In this document: piece by piece, positions 46,049 to 60,300 of the stretch
Position numbering within the stretch: position 1 is the first letter of the stretch
How the letters are laid out: every line of letters starts with the position of its first letter
Assembly (NCBI GenBank): GCA_000165425.1
Contig: CT868507.1
Location: forward strand, 310,001 to 374,000
Length of the DNA: 64,000 bases
Reading direction: 5' to 3'
Source: Paramecium tetraurelia
Taxonomy: Eukaryota
Made by a program: the position numbers and the translations under genes
Notes under the pieces: generated by a model
Told to the model about the DNA's origin: nothing
Database searches by the model: none
The model's input: only the letters and a program-made list of their open reading frames with translations

Positions 46049-47940
46049 TCATTATTTAAATTTAAGTAATTTCTGAAGATCATATTCAGTGTTGAATCTC
46101 TTACTGGATGAAGAATTGCGGAAAGATTAAGTGGAAGAAGATTATGCTACCTATGAATTCTTTACTGACTAATATCTGGGACATATTGCACTTAGTTGCG
46201 GTGCTAAATTTTACAATCAATCAAATTTATACCATTCAAAGAAAGAGTTTTAATCTTATTTTTTATAATATTCGTTTGTAGAGAAGATCTTAAACTAGCA
46301 TATTTAATCTTCTCTACAAACAATTCCCTTTTGCTTTTTGGTTACTCTGAAATATAGTCGAAATTCGGAAAAATTGTTTCAAACTTCGTTTGTCTCTCCC
46401 TATGCAAATTATCTTGCAGCCTTTGCTGAAATTCTCTGTCCCCCTTACTGAATTCAGCCACATTATAGTTCGTTTAAAGAGGTTAAGGTTTATAATGAAT
46501 GTGCAATTACTTTTTGTACAGGGCTGTGTAATTAAAGTTGCTGAGCCACGGATGATTCAAAATATCCTCCACTCCATTTTTCCTTCCTAATCTTTCATTC
46601 TAGTCTTTGGCCAATAAATTAATCAATAGACTCTTGAGTTGATCACTGATTTTTATATGTTCAGGAAACTCCAATTTATCATATTGAATTGAGTTTAAAA
46701 TGTTTTGCAATTGCTAATCATAATATGGGGGGTACCCATAAATGAATTCATACAAAACTGCCCCCAAACTATAACAGTCCAACATATGATTGTGCCCTTT
46801 TTTGGTAACCATCTCAGGAGACATATATTCAGGAGATCCACAAAAGGAATAGGTTGCTTTGTCTCTGGACATATTGGGCTTTGAGAGACCAAAGTCAGAC
46901 AATTTAATATAACCATCAATGTCTAATAAAATATTTTCAGGCTTCAAATCTCTATAAATGACATGCTATTCGTGGAGATAATGAATTGCCAGACACAACT
47001 ATCCGAAGTATTACTTTGCAACTTCTTCATTCAAAGTTCCCATTTTTCGAAGATGAAAAAATAGTTCACCTCCATAACAATAGCTAAAATATTAAATTTA
47101 TTGATATACTCCATCACAAATACCAAATAGTATTTAGTTTCGAATGAACAATGCAATCTTGTCAGGAATTGACTATCTAGACTACTCATTATCAATTTCT
47201 CATTGTTTATCATGCTCTCCTTGTTATTCTTTGTAATGAATTATTTGTCTATAATTTTCATCGCAAAGAACTGTCCGTTCCTTTTCTTCTTTGCCAAATA
47301 CACTCTCGAAAAGCCTCTAAAAAATTTTAACTCTTTACCCCACACCAATACATTTAATCAAAATATAATCATCAAATGAATTTTTCTGGGTTTCGTTGTA
47401 ATAGATTGGAACCAATTTCAGAGTCCTCCCATTGCTAAACACCGACAACGGTTTATCATCCAAGGACAAATAGTAATCCACATTATAATTTTAGGTGTAG
47501 CTTTCAAAATAGGCTATATTTTAATAATTTTAAGGATCGTATGCACTCATCTTCGTTATCAATTTCTAATATAGGTCTGTTGTAGTTTGGTCTAACCCAA
47601 TAGGAACGATATACCTATATTACATCAATATCTACTATTTTTCTTATGTTATCAGTGTAATTATGAGTTCATAATTGTCTCTATCACTATTTAAGGTTCT
47701 CATATGAGACACTCCTTTTAGTTTCACAGCCGCTGTTACAACTAAATTACGATAAGACGGTGGTTATTTACATTTCTAAACATCCAATTATTTTGGAGAT
47801 TTAAGTTTTACCAATCTTGGTGGAGACAATTATTATCTCGGACTCAGACTTGGATTTTGTGACTCAGCTTTCTTCTTTTTTTTCAATAGTTCTAATAATT
47901 TGTTAGTTTGCATCATTCGGCAACTTTGAGTTCTATTCAT
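46049..47940 (-). CDS. AGC-group Ser/Thr kinase (Akt/SGK/S6K-like, no PH domain evident)
   Basis: GGELFFHL, YRDLKPENILLDIDGYIKLSDFGLSK, YSFCGSPEYMSPE. Confidence 0.9.
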
Positions 47941-48156
47941 TAAATGAAAATATTAAAAATAAAATATGTGTATTATTGTATTTGTTGACATGAGACTTTT
48001 GCTAGATTATCAAATCGTGGTTTCTAACAGTTAAAGTAACCATCCCCTCTTTCTCAATCTCACATCTATATCTATATTTTCAAGAAAATTCATTTAAAAT
48101 ATATTCAGCATTTAATATACTCATGAAAATCATTAATCAGATATATAATGTATTTC

Positions 48157-49044
48157 TCATTTTATTATCCAGAGTTTTAATCCAAATAAACTATTTCCCA
48201 AAATTGCTATTTTATTTTTAAAACCAGTCACTATGATATCAGAGTAATTATAAATATTTGTCACCATACCCATTATCCTCATAGTGGATGTTTGAAATAC
48301 AAGTATATTACCATTTTCAAATATGATATAGAAATATTTATTATTGTTTATAAAATTTATATTAGAAAGTCCCGTCAGATCTCTCTTTTTCCTAATTAGT
48401 TTCGATGTATGTTAAGAAATTAAATTAATTGAAGCATTTTTTTCAATTTCCAAAAATAAATGATCACATATACAAATCTAGGAATTTTGTTTTTATTAAT
48501 CATTTTTCTAATCTTAATCCACCCTTTTACTAATTCTCTAGCCTTTAGTAAACAATCTAATAGTAGTTTCTAAAGAAAGCTGATTGATAAAAAAATATCT
48601 GAAATTTTATTCTAAATTTATTGATGTTAATAGCTCTTCGCTTTTGAAATCCCAAATTGCTAAAGTCTTCTCTGAATTTATGGTATATAAATATTTAGAA
48701 TCTTGACTAAAGGCTATGTATTTCATTTTGGAGTTTTTATGTCTTAAATTAATCACTTCTTTCTCTTGTTACGTATTCATGACAACCACAGTAGATGACT
48801 TATAACTAGCCACGCAAATATAATTATTTTTTGTACTAATAATCGATAGTTCATTCAAAACTGATATCTTATTGTAAAATTTAACAAGATCTTTAGTTCT
48901 CCATCCAACGATAAGCCTAGGATAATAAATAGCAAAGATATTTGTTTGATCCTCTGATATACAAAAGTCTGTTAAATTTTTTTATTATTATCTCTCATAA
49001 AAAGTAACACAATTATTAGGATTCAATTCAAAATTAACATTCAT
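48157..49044 (-). CDS. Divergent WD40/beta-propeller-like protein (5' end uncertain)
   Basis: YIAFSQDSKYLYTINSEKTLAIWDF WD40-like repeat within an ~300-codon table-6 ORF in very AT-rich DNA. Confidence 0.45.
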
Positions 49045-49748
49045 TAATTTTGGAAACTATTAGAGATAATATTAATTAAAGTAAAATTGAATATTAATAG
49101 TTTAGAATTCAATAAATAGTATTATAACAGATTTTCTTTCAGAATTGCAACAAGTACTTTTATTATAAATTATTCTGCTAAATGCTTTAAAGAATCACAT
49201 TTGAAATAATTATTTTGATTTAATTAAAAAGTTGTCAGAATAGGTCTTCAGATTAATATTGATAACATTAATAAGTTGTTAGAATTTTCTTTCATTAATT
49301 GAAGTGTATTATTGTTTAAATTAGTAAATGAGATGACAAAAATTTTTTTGATTATATTTGGAATAAAAGTCTTGAGTATTAATTTATGCGTATTTTGATT
49401 GAGTTGTTGAACATTATAGGATTTATTTGGAAAAACAAACTAAGCTAGAAATAGTCTATAATTTCCAATTAATTTATCCTAAAAAAAATGAATATTTTTA
49501 TCATTATTGTAAATGAATTCATTAATTATAAATAAATATTGTAACATATTTTTATGATAGAAAATACGAATTCTACCCTTTTAGAATATTTTGAAATTAA
49601 GATGAAAGTTGCTACCAATTTTTCTCAATTTTGACATTTTATATTTATAAATTTAAAAATAGATGCATGTTAATTATTCATGAAATTTTTTATATAATTT
49701 CCATAGATACATTATATAACTTTTATAATTTTTAGATCAATTTTTAAA

Positions 49749-51221
49749 TCAACTTCTGAATTTATTTTGATTAGAAGGTCTTGTTTCCTTTTCTTCAAAG
49801 ACAGCTCCCCAAATCTCAATAGAGGTTAACTAGCTCAACATAAATATTTACATTTAAAAATTCTATGTGTGGCTCCAACAAATAACCCATTTCGTAAGTT
49901 TAATCGCATTAATTGTTGATACGATTTGTTGCACTTCCTTTAAGGTTTTCATCAATCCAAATTCTAAAATTTCCTTTGCCATCCCCTCCAAAACCTAGAC
50001 CATATGGTTGAGGCACTTTCAAATTGAAGGCTCTGCTATTTATATATCCGAAACATTATTTAGATTTAATATCAAAAGTACTCATGAATAATTGATATTT
50101 AGGCAATAAAGAAAAGAGGAAACTTTTCTCATCTCCAAAATACAGAGAAACCTAATCGTTTGGATTGTAGAGTATTCCTAAATTCTAGAAAATAATTACC
50201 CATAGGATCTTTCTACTACTTTCTTATGAAATGAGTTTCTATAGTTTAATCAATACTAATATATGCACCAAAGATCGATTATTAAAAAGTATCATTCTAT
50301 GTTTCATCTTCTCGATTTCTAAAAATAAAAAGCAAAGGTTATTGAGACTCTATTATAATCTCTGTAATATGCTCTAAATCATCATAACCTACTGAGGATG
50401 AGAACTTAAGATCCAGCTATTTAATCCTATTAAAGTCTGGTGAACTCATTTATAACAGTGCAAGAATTTGATCATTCAATATAAAACTTGAAGATGTCAA
50501 AGCTGGAATTCCATATTTAAGTTGAGGGTCGATGAATTTTTTTGTAAAATACTATTTGCACATTTTGTTAGCATAAATTAATTGTTATTTTGCTTAACCA
50601 ATAAATTAGTTAAATGGCAATGATGCTTTTTAATCAAAAATAGAATTTGCCACACTTCTGGCAGCCAAGTCATTTCTTTAGCTATTTGAAACTTCCTTGT
50701 TGAAATAATACATATTCAATAGTTCCTTAATCACTGTACTTCCTTATGAGTAACTTACTTGAAATCTGAATACAATAAATTTGAGTACCTATTTATTGCT
50801 TCTTTCTCATTCTCCAAACAACCCAAACTAATCAATGCGAATAACTCGAATTTCTCAAGCACTCTAAATTTGTAATCACTTAAGTAATATTCTTATTATT
50901 CTTTTAAGAGGAGTTCCACTATACTTTAAGATTGTTTGCTTACATGTGATCACAAAATTGATGTAATCTATCTACTAATTCTTGCAGCGTTCTCTCATCC
51001 AGTTAAAGAGTTTGATTGAGAAATCAGGGTTTTCAGTAAACTCTGGGACCATAGATTTCTGAGTCAGATATCCGTTTCTATTTAAATCATATTTCATCGA
51101 ATTTGTACATCGAATCATGGCATTTCAATAGTTCGAAATAGACCTCTAGAATTTCGAGTTCAGAATCTGAAAATGCCACCTTGGCATGTTTTTTGATAGC
51201 TTTAGATTTCGATCCTCCCAT
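49749..51221 (-). CDS. N-myristoylated TLDc-domain protein (mEAK-7/TLDC1-like)
   Basis: MGGSKS start; TLDc motifs IFGAYI, YFGDEKSFLFSLLP, GLGFGG..FRIWIDENL, IEIWG. Confidence 0.8.
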
Positions 51222-51377
51222 ATAAAAATAAATATTTATTTATTAAAATATAAATTATTTCAATTATCATACTTCTTAATTAATCTTTTTTTTGAGGCAT
51301 ACTCTAACGAATATATATATTAGAATTATTTAATTAAATTACAAATAAAAAGTTATTGATATAGTTATATAAGTTAT

Positions 51378-53797
51378 TCATTGTATTTAACAACTACAAG
51401 AAAAGCACTCCCTTGACTCTACTATGGGAGTTTTTTAAAAGTATCGCTTTTCTATAATTATCAATACAATCTATTACGAGAGTTCCTGATCTTCATCAAT
51501 TAATCCATTTTAATAATAGTAGCCAAGACAATTTAAAGCATCTTCTAAACCTATTTGACTAGCTCCACCTTAATAAAGAGACGATTTGGACTCCATCATT
51601 CTCCTTATAATCTTCTCCATTTCTTAAGTTAGAGTTTTCGATTTTTTCCTTTCTACTGTTTCTAAATCCTTGATTATATCTAATTTTTTTATAGAAAGAT
51701 CGAGTGCTGCGCTAGATATTTATAATTCTAAATCACTTAAGCCAATCACTTTTTTTGAGATGATCTCATTAATCGCCTCTATTCTATCTTAATGTTTATT
51801 GTCTTTATGGATTTGAAAAAGAGTATGAACGGCAGAATGAACTGTAGACAAAACAGTATTTATTAATGGAATTGAGGCTGATATCTTGACTCCAATGGCT
51901 AAACCTGTTTCTAAATTGTCTGCTACCTTCTCTGCTGGAGTCTCGATTGTTTGATTAGTGTTATGTTGAAAGAGTCCAGTACTTTAATTTGCATAAGATT
52001 GAATATAATTAAACAGAGTCCAGAAAAATGCTTTATAATAAGCTAATTAATTCAACCCTTCTGCACTTTTTTAAAATTCTTGTAATTACTTGTAAATTGC
52101 AGCTCTTTTATCTAATCCAACTAACTATATCTATTATTCAATAGTATTTATTTTTTATCTCAATTACTGATACATGTTTTCTAGCTAGTCAATTTTAAAC
52201 TTAGTATTCCTTTTTTTTATACTTCCCTATTACCCTCCAATTAGAGTATTTTCTATTTACATTAAATCACTATTGCTTCCTTGAATCAAACAACTCTACT
52301 GAATAAAACTGACATTGAGGTCCTTCTTTTATTCTTATTAATTTAAAATCTCACTTTGCACTTCTTCAGTAGGAATTCTAACTAGTTGTTTTTGTACTGA
52401 TCTTTCAGTATTCTTTCTCTCACTGTTTTTCAGTTTCCCAAAATCTTTATGATTCAAATCATTTGTATTAATAATCAGTCTCTTTCCCTCTAGATCTTTT
52501 GTCTCAATATTTTCGATATTTTCAAGATTTTCAATTTAATTTAACAAATCATGTTCATCTCCATTTTATTCCAACAATTAGAATTATAATTACATATACT
52601 AGATATTTACAGAAGTAAACACTTAGTTATTTAATAATTATATGTCGGAATTAAAAGATTCCTTGGCTTTCTAAAGCAATTTCAAACCTTCAGGTTTATT
52701 AATTTCAATCATTATCAACGCTTTATTTATTTTATAGAGCGGGTTAGTCGGATTTATCTCCAAAGCCTTATCAAAACATACCAAAGCTTGTTGATACTAT
52801 TTCAATTCTCTACATGCAATACCCTTATTATTCCAAATTGCTGCATCTTTTGGATTTATCTACAACAATTTACCAAATATTTAGATTGCATCCTGATATC
52901 TATTCAGCTACCCAAAAGACAAAGCCAAGTAGAGCATTGCAGAAGTATTTTAAGGATCCAATTCTATAACCTTTTCAAAAGATTTCAAAGCCTCTGTAAA
53001 TTGATCTCCGTTATATAAAATGATTCCTTAACTATACCAACCATCTGTGTTCTTATTGTCATATGCGAGAATCTTGCTCAAGATTTTCAAAGCTTATTTA
53101 TCCAACTTTGACTATACAAGTCGTTACGCTAGGATATCATTATCTTTTACCTATTAATAAAAGAGGATCCACTTCTATCACTTTTAATGATTCTATTTAT
53201 TCTATATACTATATAGCCTCGCTTTTTAAATCTTAGTCTAACTTTAACTCTATTAATCCTTAAATAACATTAACATTATCTCTGTCCTTTTTATGGAGAT
53301 CCTGAAAAATAGTTTCAGCCTCAGTAAATCGTTTCATCAGCCTGAGAGTATCACCTAGATTACCCTATACTTCTTACCCTTTAGGATGGCTACCTAAGTG
53401 TTTTTGGGCTGAATCTCTAAACTCTTGTTAAACTATTCTAATGCAGCCTAAAAATTGCCAACAGCTTTATATGAGATTCCTATAATGCTTATCAAGTGAA
53501 GTACCCAAATTTTAAATTATAGTATTATTTTTAGCATCGCAATTTAATGCCTTTCTAAAATACTCTATCGCCTATTGATAATCGTCTTTTTAAAAGAATA
53601 TCACTCCTTTAATAATCGTACTAAAGCAATTACCTTTCTAATAGTATAGCTCTCCATCGGTTGTGTTGCTCTCTAGTATTTTGTCGATGCATGATATAAG
53701 CTTTTTATAATTTGGTGTTTCAATAAGGCTTAAATCTAGAGATCGTTTATATAATACCTCCTTAAAGTTCCTTCAGGACCTATAATTATTTTCTCAT
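51378..53797 (-). CDS. TPR-repeat protein with C-terminal CaaX (CQIQ)
   Basis: Multiple TPR units (EALKSFEKVIELDP, QALVCFDKALEINP), a coiled linker and a helical C-domain, ending ECFSCSCQIQ-TGA. Confidence 0.85.
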
Positions 53798-54373
53798 TAT
53801 ATTTTTCAATAAAAAAATGGGTTGAAAACTAATAAATAAAGATGAGCTCAGTATTCATCAGAAGGTAAGATATCTTACGAGTGGCAGCAATAAAGTAGGT
53901 GAAGACCTTTGCACAGGAATAGATAAGAGTTAAGAAAGCATTATTTTTGTATTTCTAATTATGTATTCATGTAACAAAATCATAAAACATCCTAAACCAA
54001 TTTGGATTCTTAATTCTGAATTAACTATCATATGATATTATTTCGATAAATATTCAAGGGTATATCTCTTGGTTAAATCTTATTTCCTTTGTTCAGGATA
54101 AGCATTTACAAAATTTTAAAATTGTATTATTATGAAGTATATTTATCACTTGTGTATTCTTATAATTAAATTCAATGTAATTAAATTCAATACCTTATAA
54201 ACAAACATATTTAATAATAAATAAAAGAACAATTTTATGAATTTTATTCCATTTTTTCCTGTCAAGATGAGAATGACAATTGGAAAATATTAAAAATACA
54301 ATTTTCCTATAAATATTAATTGGTTGTAATAAAATAATTGATTAAATTAATATATAATAAAATCTAATGAGTT

Positions 54374-57300
54374 TCAAGCCTTCTTTTCTTTTTTAGCAGC
54401 AGCAGCTTCATCAGAGACACCTTCAACATCTAGAAGAAGTGCTACTCCAGCCAGAATCCATTTTCTTGGATTGAGTCTGGTTTTGAGTTGTCCAGTAAAG
54501 ATGTAGGTGTTTCCTCTATCTTCAGTTCTGTAGCATGGACATTGATAAAGAGCTTTGTCTTCTTTGCCTTCAGCAGGAACCATGAGTGCTTTGCAGTAGA
54601 CAACAGGCAGGACACTAAACATTTCTTTGGGTTTTGATTCTTCAAGTTGTCCAGTGACTACATCCCAACGAGCTAGAGAGAATTAAAATACAATATATAC
54701 CTCCTTCTAAGACGAATCCAAATACGTAGGCACCATCTTTGGCAGTCTAGTCAATTTCTTCGATGCTCTTTTTGGTGACTTCAGTGGCAATGTATAATCT
54801 ATTCAATTCTTGTGCTCTTTGTCTACCGATGACTTATTTGATGGCAGTCAAGAATGATTGGGGATTGAAGAATCTGCCAATCATGGTGACTTTGGGGATT
54901 GCATAGGGATCATCTCTGAAGAGATTGAGTTATTCAATTCTCTTGAGAAGATTGGTTAACCAGGATGCCAAACCTCTCTTTGAAGGATAGGCCAAGGCTA
55001 CCCAAACAACAGGTACTCTATTCAAAGCGATGGCATCAATGATTTGTTCCATTTATTCAGAGATGGTGAGGATACCTCTGAAACCTTGGTCGATTTCTTC
55101 CATGGATCTAACAATTTCAATGAGTAGGAAGTTCATGTATTCAAGTTCTTGCAAGAACACATTTTGATAGGGTCCTTTGTTTTCAGCATCAATCTTGTTT
55201 TTGATTTCGTCAATGTTGAATATCATGGATTTCAAGTTAATGTCTTCAGCCAATTGTTTGATGAGTTCTTACACGATTTCATTCTTGGTTCTCATACCAC
55301 TGCTGCTCTCCTCATTGGCACTGTCTTTGGGTTGCAATTCTAGAAGAGTTGAGAAGAGAGTCAAACATTATTGGGTTCTGAAACCAATTTCAGCATTTGA
55401 ATGTAATCCATAGGCAAGAGGAGTTTCTTAAGTGAGTACTTACTCAATGTGTTCAATGTACTTCTCATAATTATTGGGTGGAGGAACTTTGAAGGACAAG
55501 TTCTTGCCTTCGAATGAATGGGAAAAGTTCCAATTCATCGAATATTCCCTCATGCATGATATTGTCCAAATAACCCATGCATAATCTTCTATCCCAATCA
55601 TCGACAATGTGACCACCATACATGATTTCTCCGAAGATGTATCTCAAATCATCAAATGGCACTTTACCACCAGCTCCTTGTTCCATGTATCTGTTCATGA
55701 CCAAATAGGAATCTCTCAAGTCTCCCATGTTGAATGGATAAGACATATTCCATCCCTTGGGTCCGAAACGTCTTCTCTCAATGACAGTGGAATGGAAGAA
55801 GCACAATCCAAAGAGAATTGATTTGATCTTAGGATCTTTGTCTTCAATTTCGTCTTTGCTGAAATAAGCCCAAGCTCTCTTCATGTTGGCTCTCAAACCA
55901 GCAGGAGGTTCATTGGTCAATTTGATTGATCTATCCAACAATCCAATGGGGATTCCACTTGAGGGTTCAGCTGATAAGAACAATCTAAATCTTGGATTAC
56001 CACCACCTTGTTCTCCTGTGAATGAATCCAAAATCTTCTCCAATTCCAATAACCATTTGGGCATCAAGTGAATGTTTTGTAACATGACCCAATGTCCTTC
56101 TTTGTTACCTTCTTCGATTCTACGTCTGGCTATTTCATCCTAACCTTATCCCAAGGAGATATTCCAGAATGACTTTCCTGGTTCAATCTTATTTATTCTG
56201 GCCAACTTTTCGACTTCCTTAACGGGATCTGCTCCTGGAGATAAAATGAAGAAAATGGGAATGGTTGCATCTGAGTCATCGACTGATCCAGAAAGAACTT
56301 CTGAGAAGTTGAGTTTAGAATCCATTTCAACAAATGATTCTCCTTAAGGCAAGGCTTGTCTGATGAAGTTGGTCAAGGCAGATGTGATACGATCTGGTCT
56401 GAGACATCTCAAGACTAATAGTTTTTTGAATGGCATTTGATCCAATCTCTTCCAATCAAATGGCAATTTCACATCTTCTGGTTGCAATTCATTGTACCAA
56501 TCTTTGAATCTGATGGGAGCATCCTTCTCCATATTTTGAGCGAACAATTTGAATTCCTCCAATTGGATCAATCCTTGTACGGAATCCCAAGCTGTTTGTG
56601 ATAGCCAATCTAAGTTGTTTTCAACACCTGCTCTTGGGACACATTTGATGAGGAAATCCATTTCAGCTGGTTCATAGACCACTTCTATAACTTTCTTTTA
56701 CATCAATCTGAAGGTGATCAAAGTCAAAAAGATTAACTTGTGCTTTTCAAACAATCCTCTACTGATCCATTGATAGATTGTGTATCTGATGTTCTTTCTC
56801 AATTCCTCAGTTCTTGTTTCATCTCTGATGGTGGTTCTCTCAATGGCCTTGAAGAAGAACTTGTTGAAGGATTCCAAAGAGTATTGATACATGTGTTCCA
56901 TAACACTCAATTGAATTACCAAGAAATAAAGCATAGCACCTTCAGCAGCCACAATTCTATAAATTTCTCTTTGTTGATTGATCTCAACTTCAGTCACTTT
57001 GGCAATCTTGCTCTATTCAGTGATGGTATTGGATGTTTATTTGGTATTATCCAAGTTAGCAATCAAACTCTTGTTTTCCAAAATGGTGGAAGGATCAGCT
57101 TCTGACAATTGAATCAAAAGATTCTCCTCCAACTTATCTAATTGCACTGAGAATTCATTTTGTTATTTGACCAATTCTTGTCTCTTCATTTCTAATTCAT
57201 TTCTTTCAATGTTCACGACAGCAGCAAGTAATTATTCTTCCAATCCTGATTCAGTGACAATGAAGTTAATGATGGTACATTGTGCAGCTATTTCTGGTCT

Positions 57301-60300
57301 GAAATGTGGGTTGTACAATTTAGTCATCAAGAAGAGTTTGAACTTAGGATCATAATCAATTTGCTCTCCTCCCAATTCCAAGTAAATGGACTTTCCTTTC
57401 TTAACGATGGCTCTACTCAACAAAGGATCGAGAGTGGCATCGATTTCTTATTGGATACCTTCCAATAACACTGCCTTTCCTAGAGGAATGGCTTAATTCA
57501 ATTGTTACAACCACTTGTTTTGACTGATATTGATGGTAATCAAATTATCACCTTATGATCCTCTAATCCAAACTGAACCTTACAATTGTGGATCAATGAT
57601 GAGTGGCCATCTTGAACAAGCACTAATAATTGAAGCATTCTCCAAAGACATTTGATCTGATTACAGACCTTCATTCTTCCAACTGGCGATCTTGGCTTCA
57701 GTTGTTAAGATCTTGAGTGGATCGATACCTTGAGTCAAGGGAATCTATTTGGCTTATAAATCAGTCAACCAAATCTTGGACCACAATTCCAATCTCAATT
57801 TAGCTGAGAATGCTCCGATGTATGAAACAAAGGCAGCAGCTAACAATGCATTTCCGACAACCGATTTGATATTGCTGGACAATTCCTTGACATTTTCTCC
57901 CCAACGTTTGTTTTCACCAGCCAAACCATTAACTAGTTTCTCAGCAGCTGACAACTTCTCTTAACAAGCATTTGCATCAGCCTCGACCAATTGTTTGACT
58001 CTTTCAGCCTCTTCCAAGTCTCGTTTTAATTTGTTGACCTTCTCATTCAATGCTCTGACCTTCTCCTTAACAACACCCAATTCCTTCTTCTTTTACTCTA
58101 GATCAGCCATGGCAGCATCTCTTGATTTTTCAAGTGGATCTACCAACTTGAAAATAGTATTGAAAGTAACAATATTGACAGCCCAAGCACATAATTTGGA
58201 TGCAGCAAAGTTCTGTCCTTTCATTGATTCTTCATTGAATTTCTGAGCAGGATCTTCAATGATTTTATTGACAGATGCCAATATTTGTGGATCAATTTAT
58301 TTACCATTGAAATTGATGATTCTATCCAAGAATTGCTATGGATTGTTCATGACTTATTATGATTTCTTCCACAATTTATCTTCAGGATCTTACAATGTGA
58401 TCTTCTCTCCTAACAATATCAACACAGCTCTGGCAGTAGTTAACACACCAGTGGGAGGTGAACCCAAAGATTTCATTTCTGTGATTTGTGGTTTCTTGAT
58501 ACAATCGACGGCAGCTTTGGCCTTCTCCAATGCTGGCAATGCCTTTTCCAACTCAATTCTTGCAGTCTCAGCCAATTCTTCTGCTGCTTTGGATGCTGCG
58601 TTGGTCTTCTCTTCTTCCTCGTTGGCAATCTTTTATTCAACCTCAGCAACAGCTGATTCCTTTCCGACCTTCTCAATGAGGATGTCAGTTTCATTCTTCT
58701 TCTTGTCGACTTCAACCATCTTGATCTTCAATTCAGCCTGCAACAATTAGACCTTGCCTTGTGTATCAGCCAAAATCTACAAACCCTACTCGTATCTCTT
58801 GATTTGTTTGGAGATCTATTCTCTCTTCTCACCCAACAACTTCTTATAATAATCAATCAACTCCAAGAATGATTTGGGAGTGGTGTAATTGTATCTTCTT
58901 TCCAATTGCAAATATTTCTGATTGGCATAATCAATTGAAAGATGGACTTCAGCCATATGAAGTGAGATGATCTTTCTCAAGTCATCAGTGTCCAATTCAA
59001 CTTCCTGGATGAATCTGTATGACACATCGATGAGTGCATCTTTTGGCCAAGGGTGGAACCAATCGACACTGGTTGAATTGATGATACCTGGGAACTTACG
59101 AGATCTAATACGCATAGTGTCACCAACTGGAGAGAAACACAATACGACATGGAGATTCTTTCTCATCTTGTCCAAGAAATATTAAGTGATTGCATCCAGA
59201 TTGTCCAACACTCCTTATCCCTTGGCTTCATTTCTCAATCCTTGAATCATATTGTCATAATCCTCTTTGGGGAAGAGATCGAAGATCCATCCAGAATTCA
59301 ACATATCATTGATGGGAATCAAAAAGATTTCCTCCTTGATTTGGGAGTCAGTCAAAATGTAACATCTGCTTCCAGAACTGGGTTTAGCCACTTTCTTGTA
59401 TATTTCCTATAAGTAATTTCTGAGATCATTGATTGTGAAATTGGATGTGACCACCATCTGATCAGCATCGTATCCCAAAATGAAGGTTGCCAATCTTGTG
59501 AGTGATTATTTACCTGAACCACCGACACCAACCAACAATGCATTACCACCTGGCAACTCCAAAATACGAGCAATTCTACAAACGTGTTCCATAGCCTACT
59601 AGAACAACACCAAATTCATCATGGCCTTCACTTCATTGTACTCTCTCAACTTATCATCCAACACTTTCCTCAATGTAATGGCATCGCAATTAGTATATTG
59701 TTGTTCCTGACCGATATGTGCAGCAACAAAGGATGTGAACACATTTGGTTCTTCCAAGGGATTGTCCTTATCATCTGGTTCTCCAATGTTCTTGACCAAT
59801 GCATCCTTAACGTAATCTCTGAAGACCTTGATGTCCTCTTCATTGATGAATCTATCCTCAAACACTCTCTTGGCTTCATGTGCCCACAATCTCAACATTC
59901 TGTTTGGTTGTCCCCTGTATTGATTGGGAGTAGATCTCATTATACCCTCTACGACCTTGGCAAGTTCTCTGAAATTGAATTGATAATGGAATTTTCTGGC
60001 TGAGGGAGAATATCTTGTGTCTTTGAGAACCTTATTGAATAAGTGGATAGTGGCTTCGATCAGTTTGTCTGACAACTTGTGAATTTTATCATCGAAGGTA
60101 GCCAAATGACTGTTCAAGATGGCACCGAAGATAGTCTTAATGATTTCAGCATTTGGAGTATACATGGTGAAGACTGAGAAGTTTCTTTGCAATCTCAAAT
60201 CGATGATGAAGGATCCTGACTTTTGATTCAAGGCACTGAAGAAGAGCAAGTCTTAGAGGAATTTCCTCTCTTCCAATTGTTCTCTGTTGAAAACACTTCC

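Noticed and set aside
53817..53830. ATG GGT TGA as a selenoprotein start
   Set aside because: No redox motif, no recognisable selenoprotein family and no SECIS I can identify.
53865..53878. Perfect 14-bp palindrome GTAAGATATCTTAC
   Set aside because: Single copy and AT-rich; plausible by chance in 64 kb, with no associated element.
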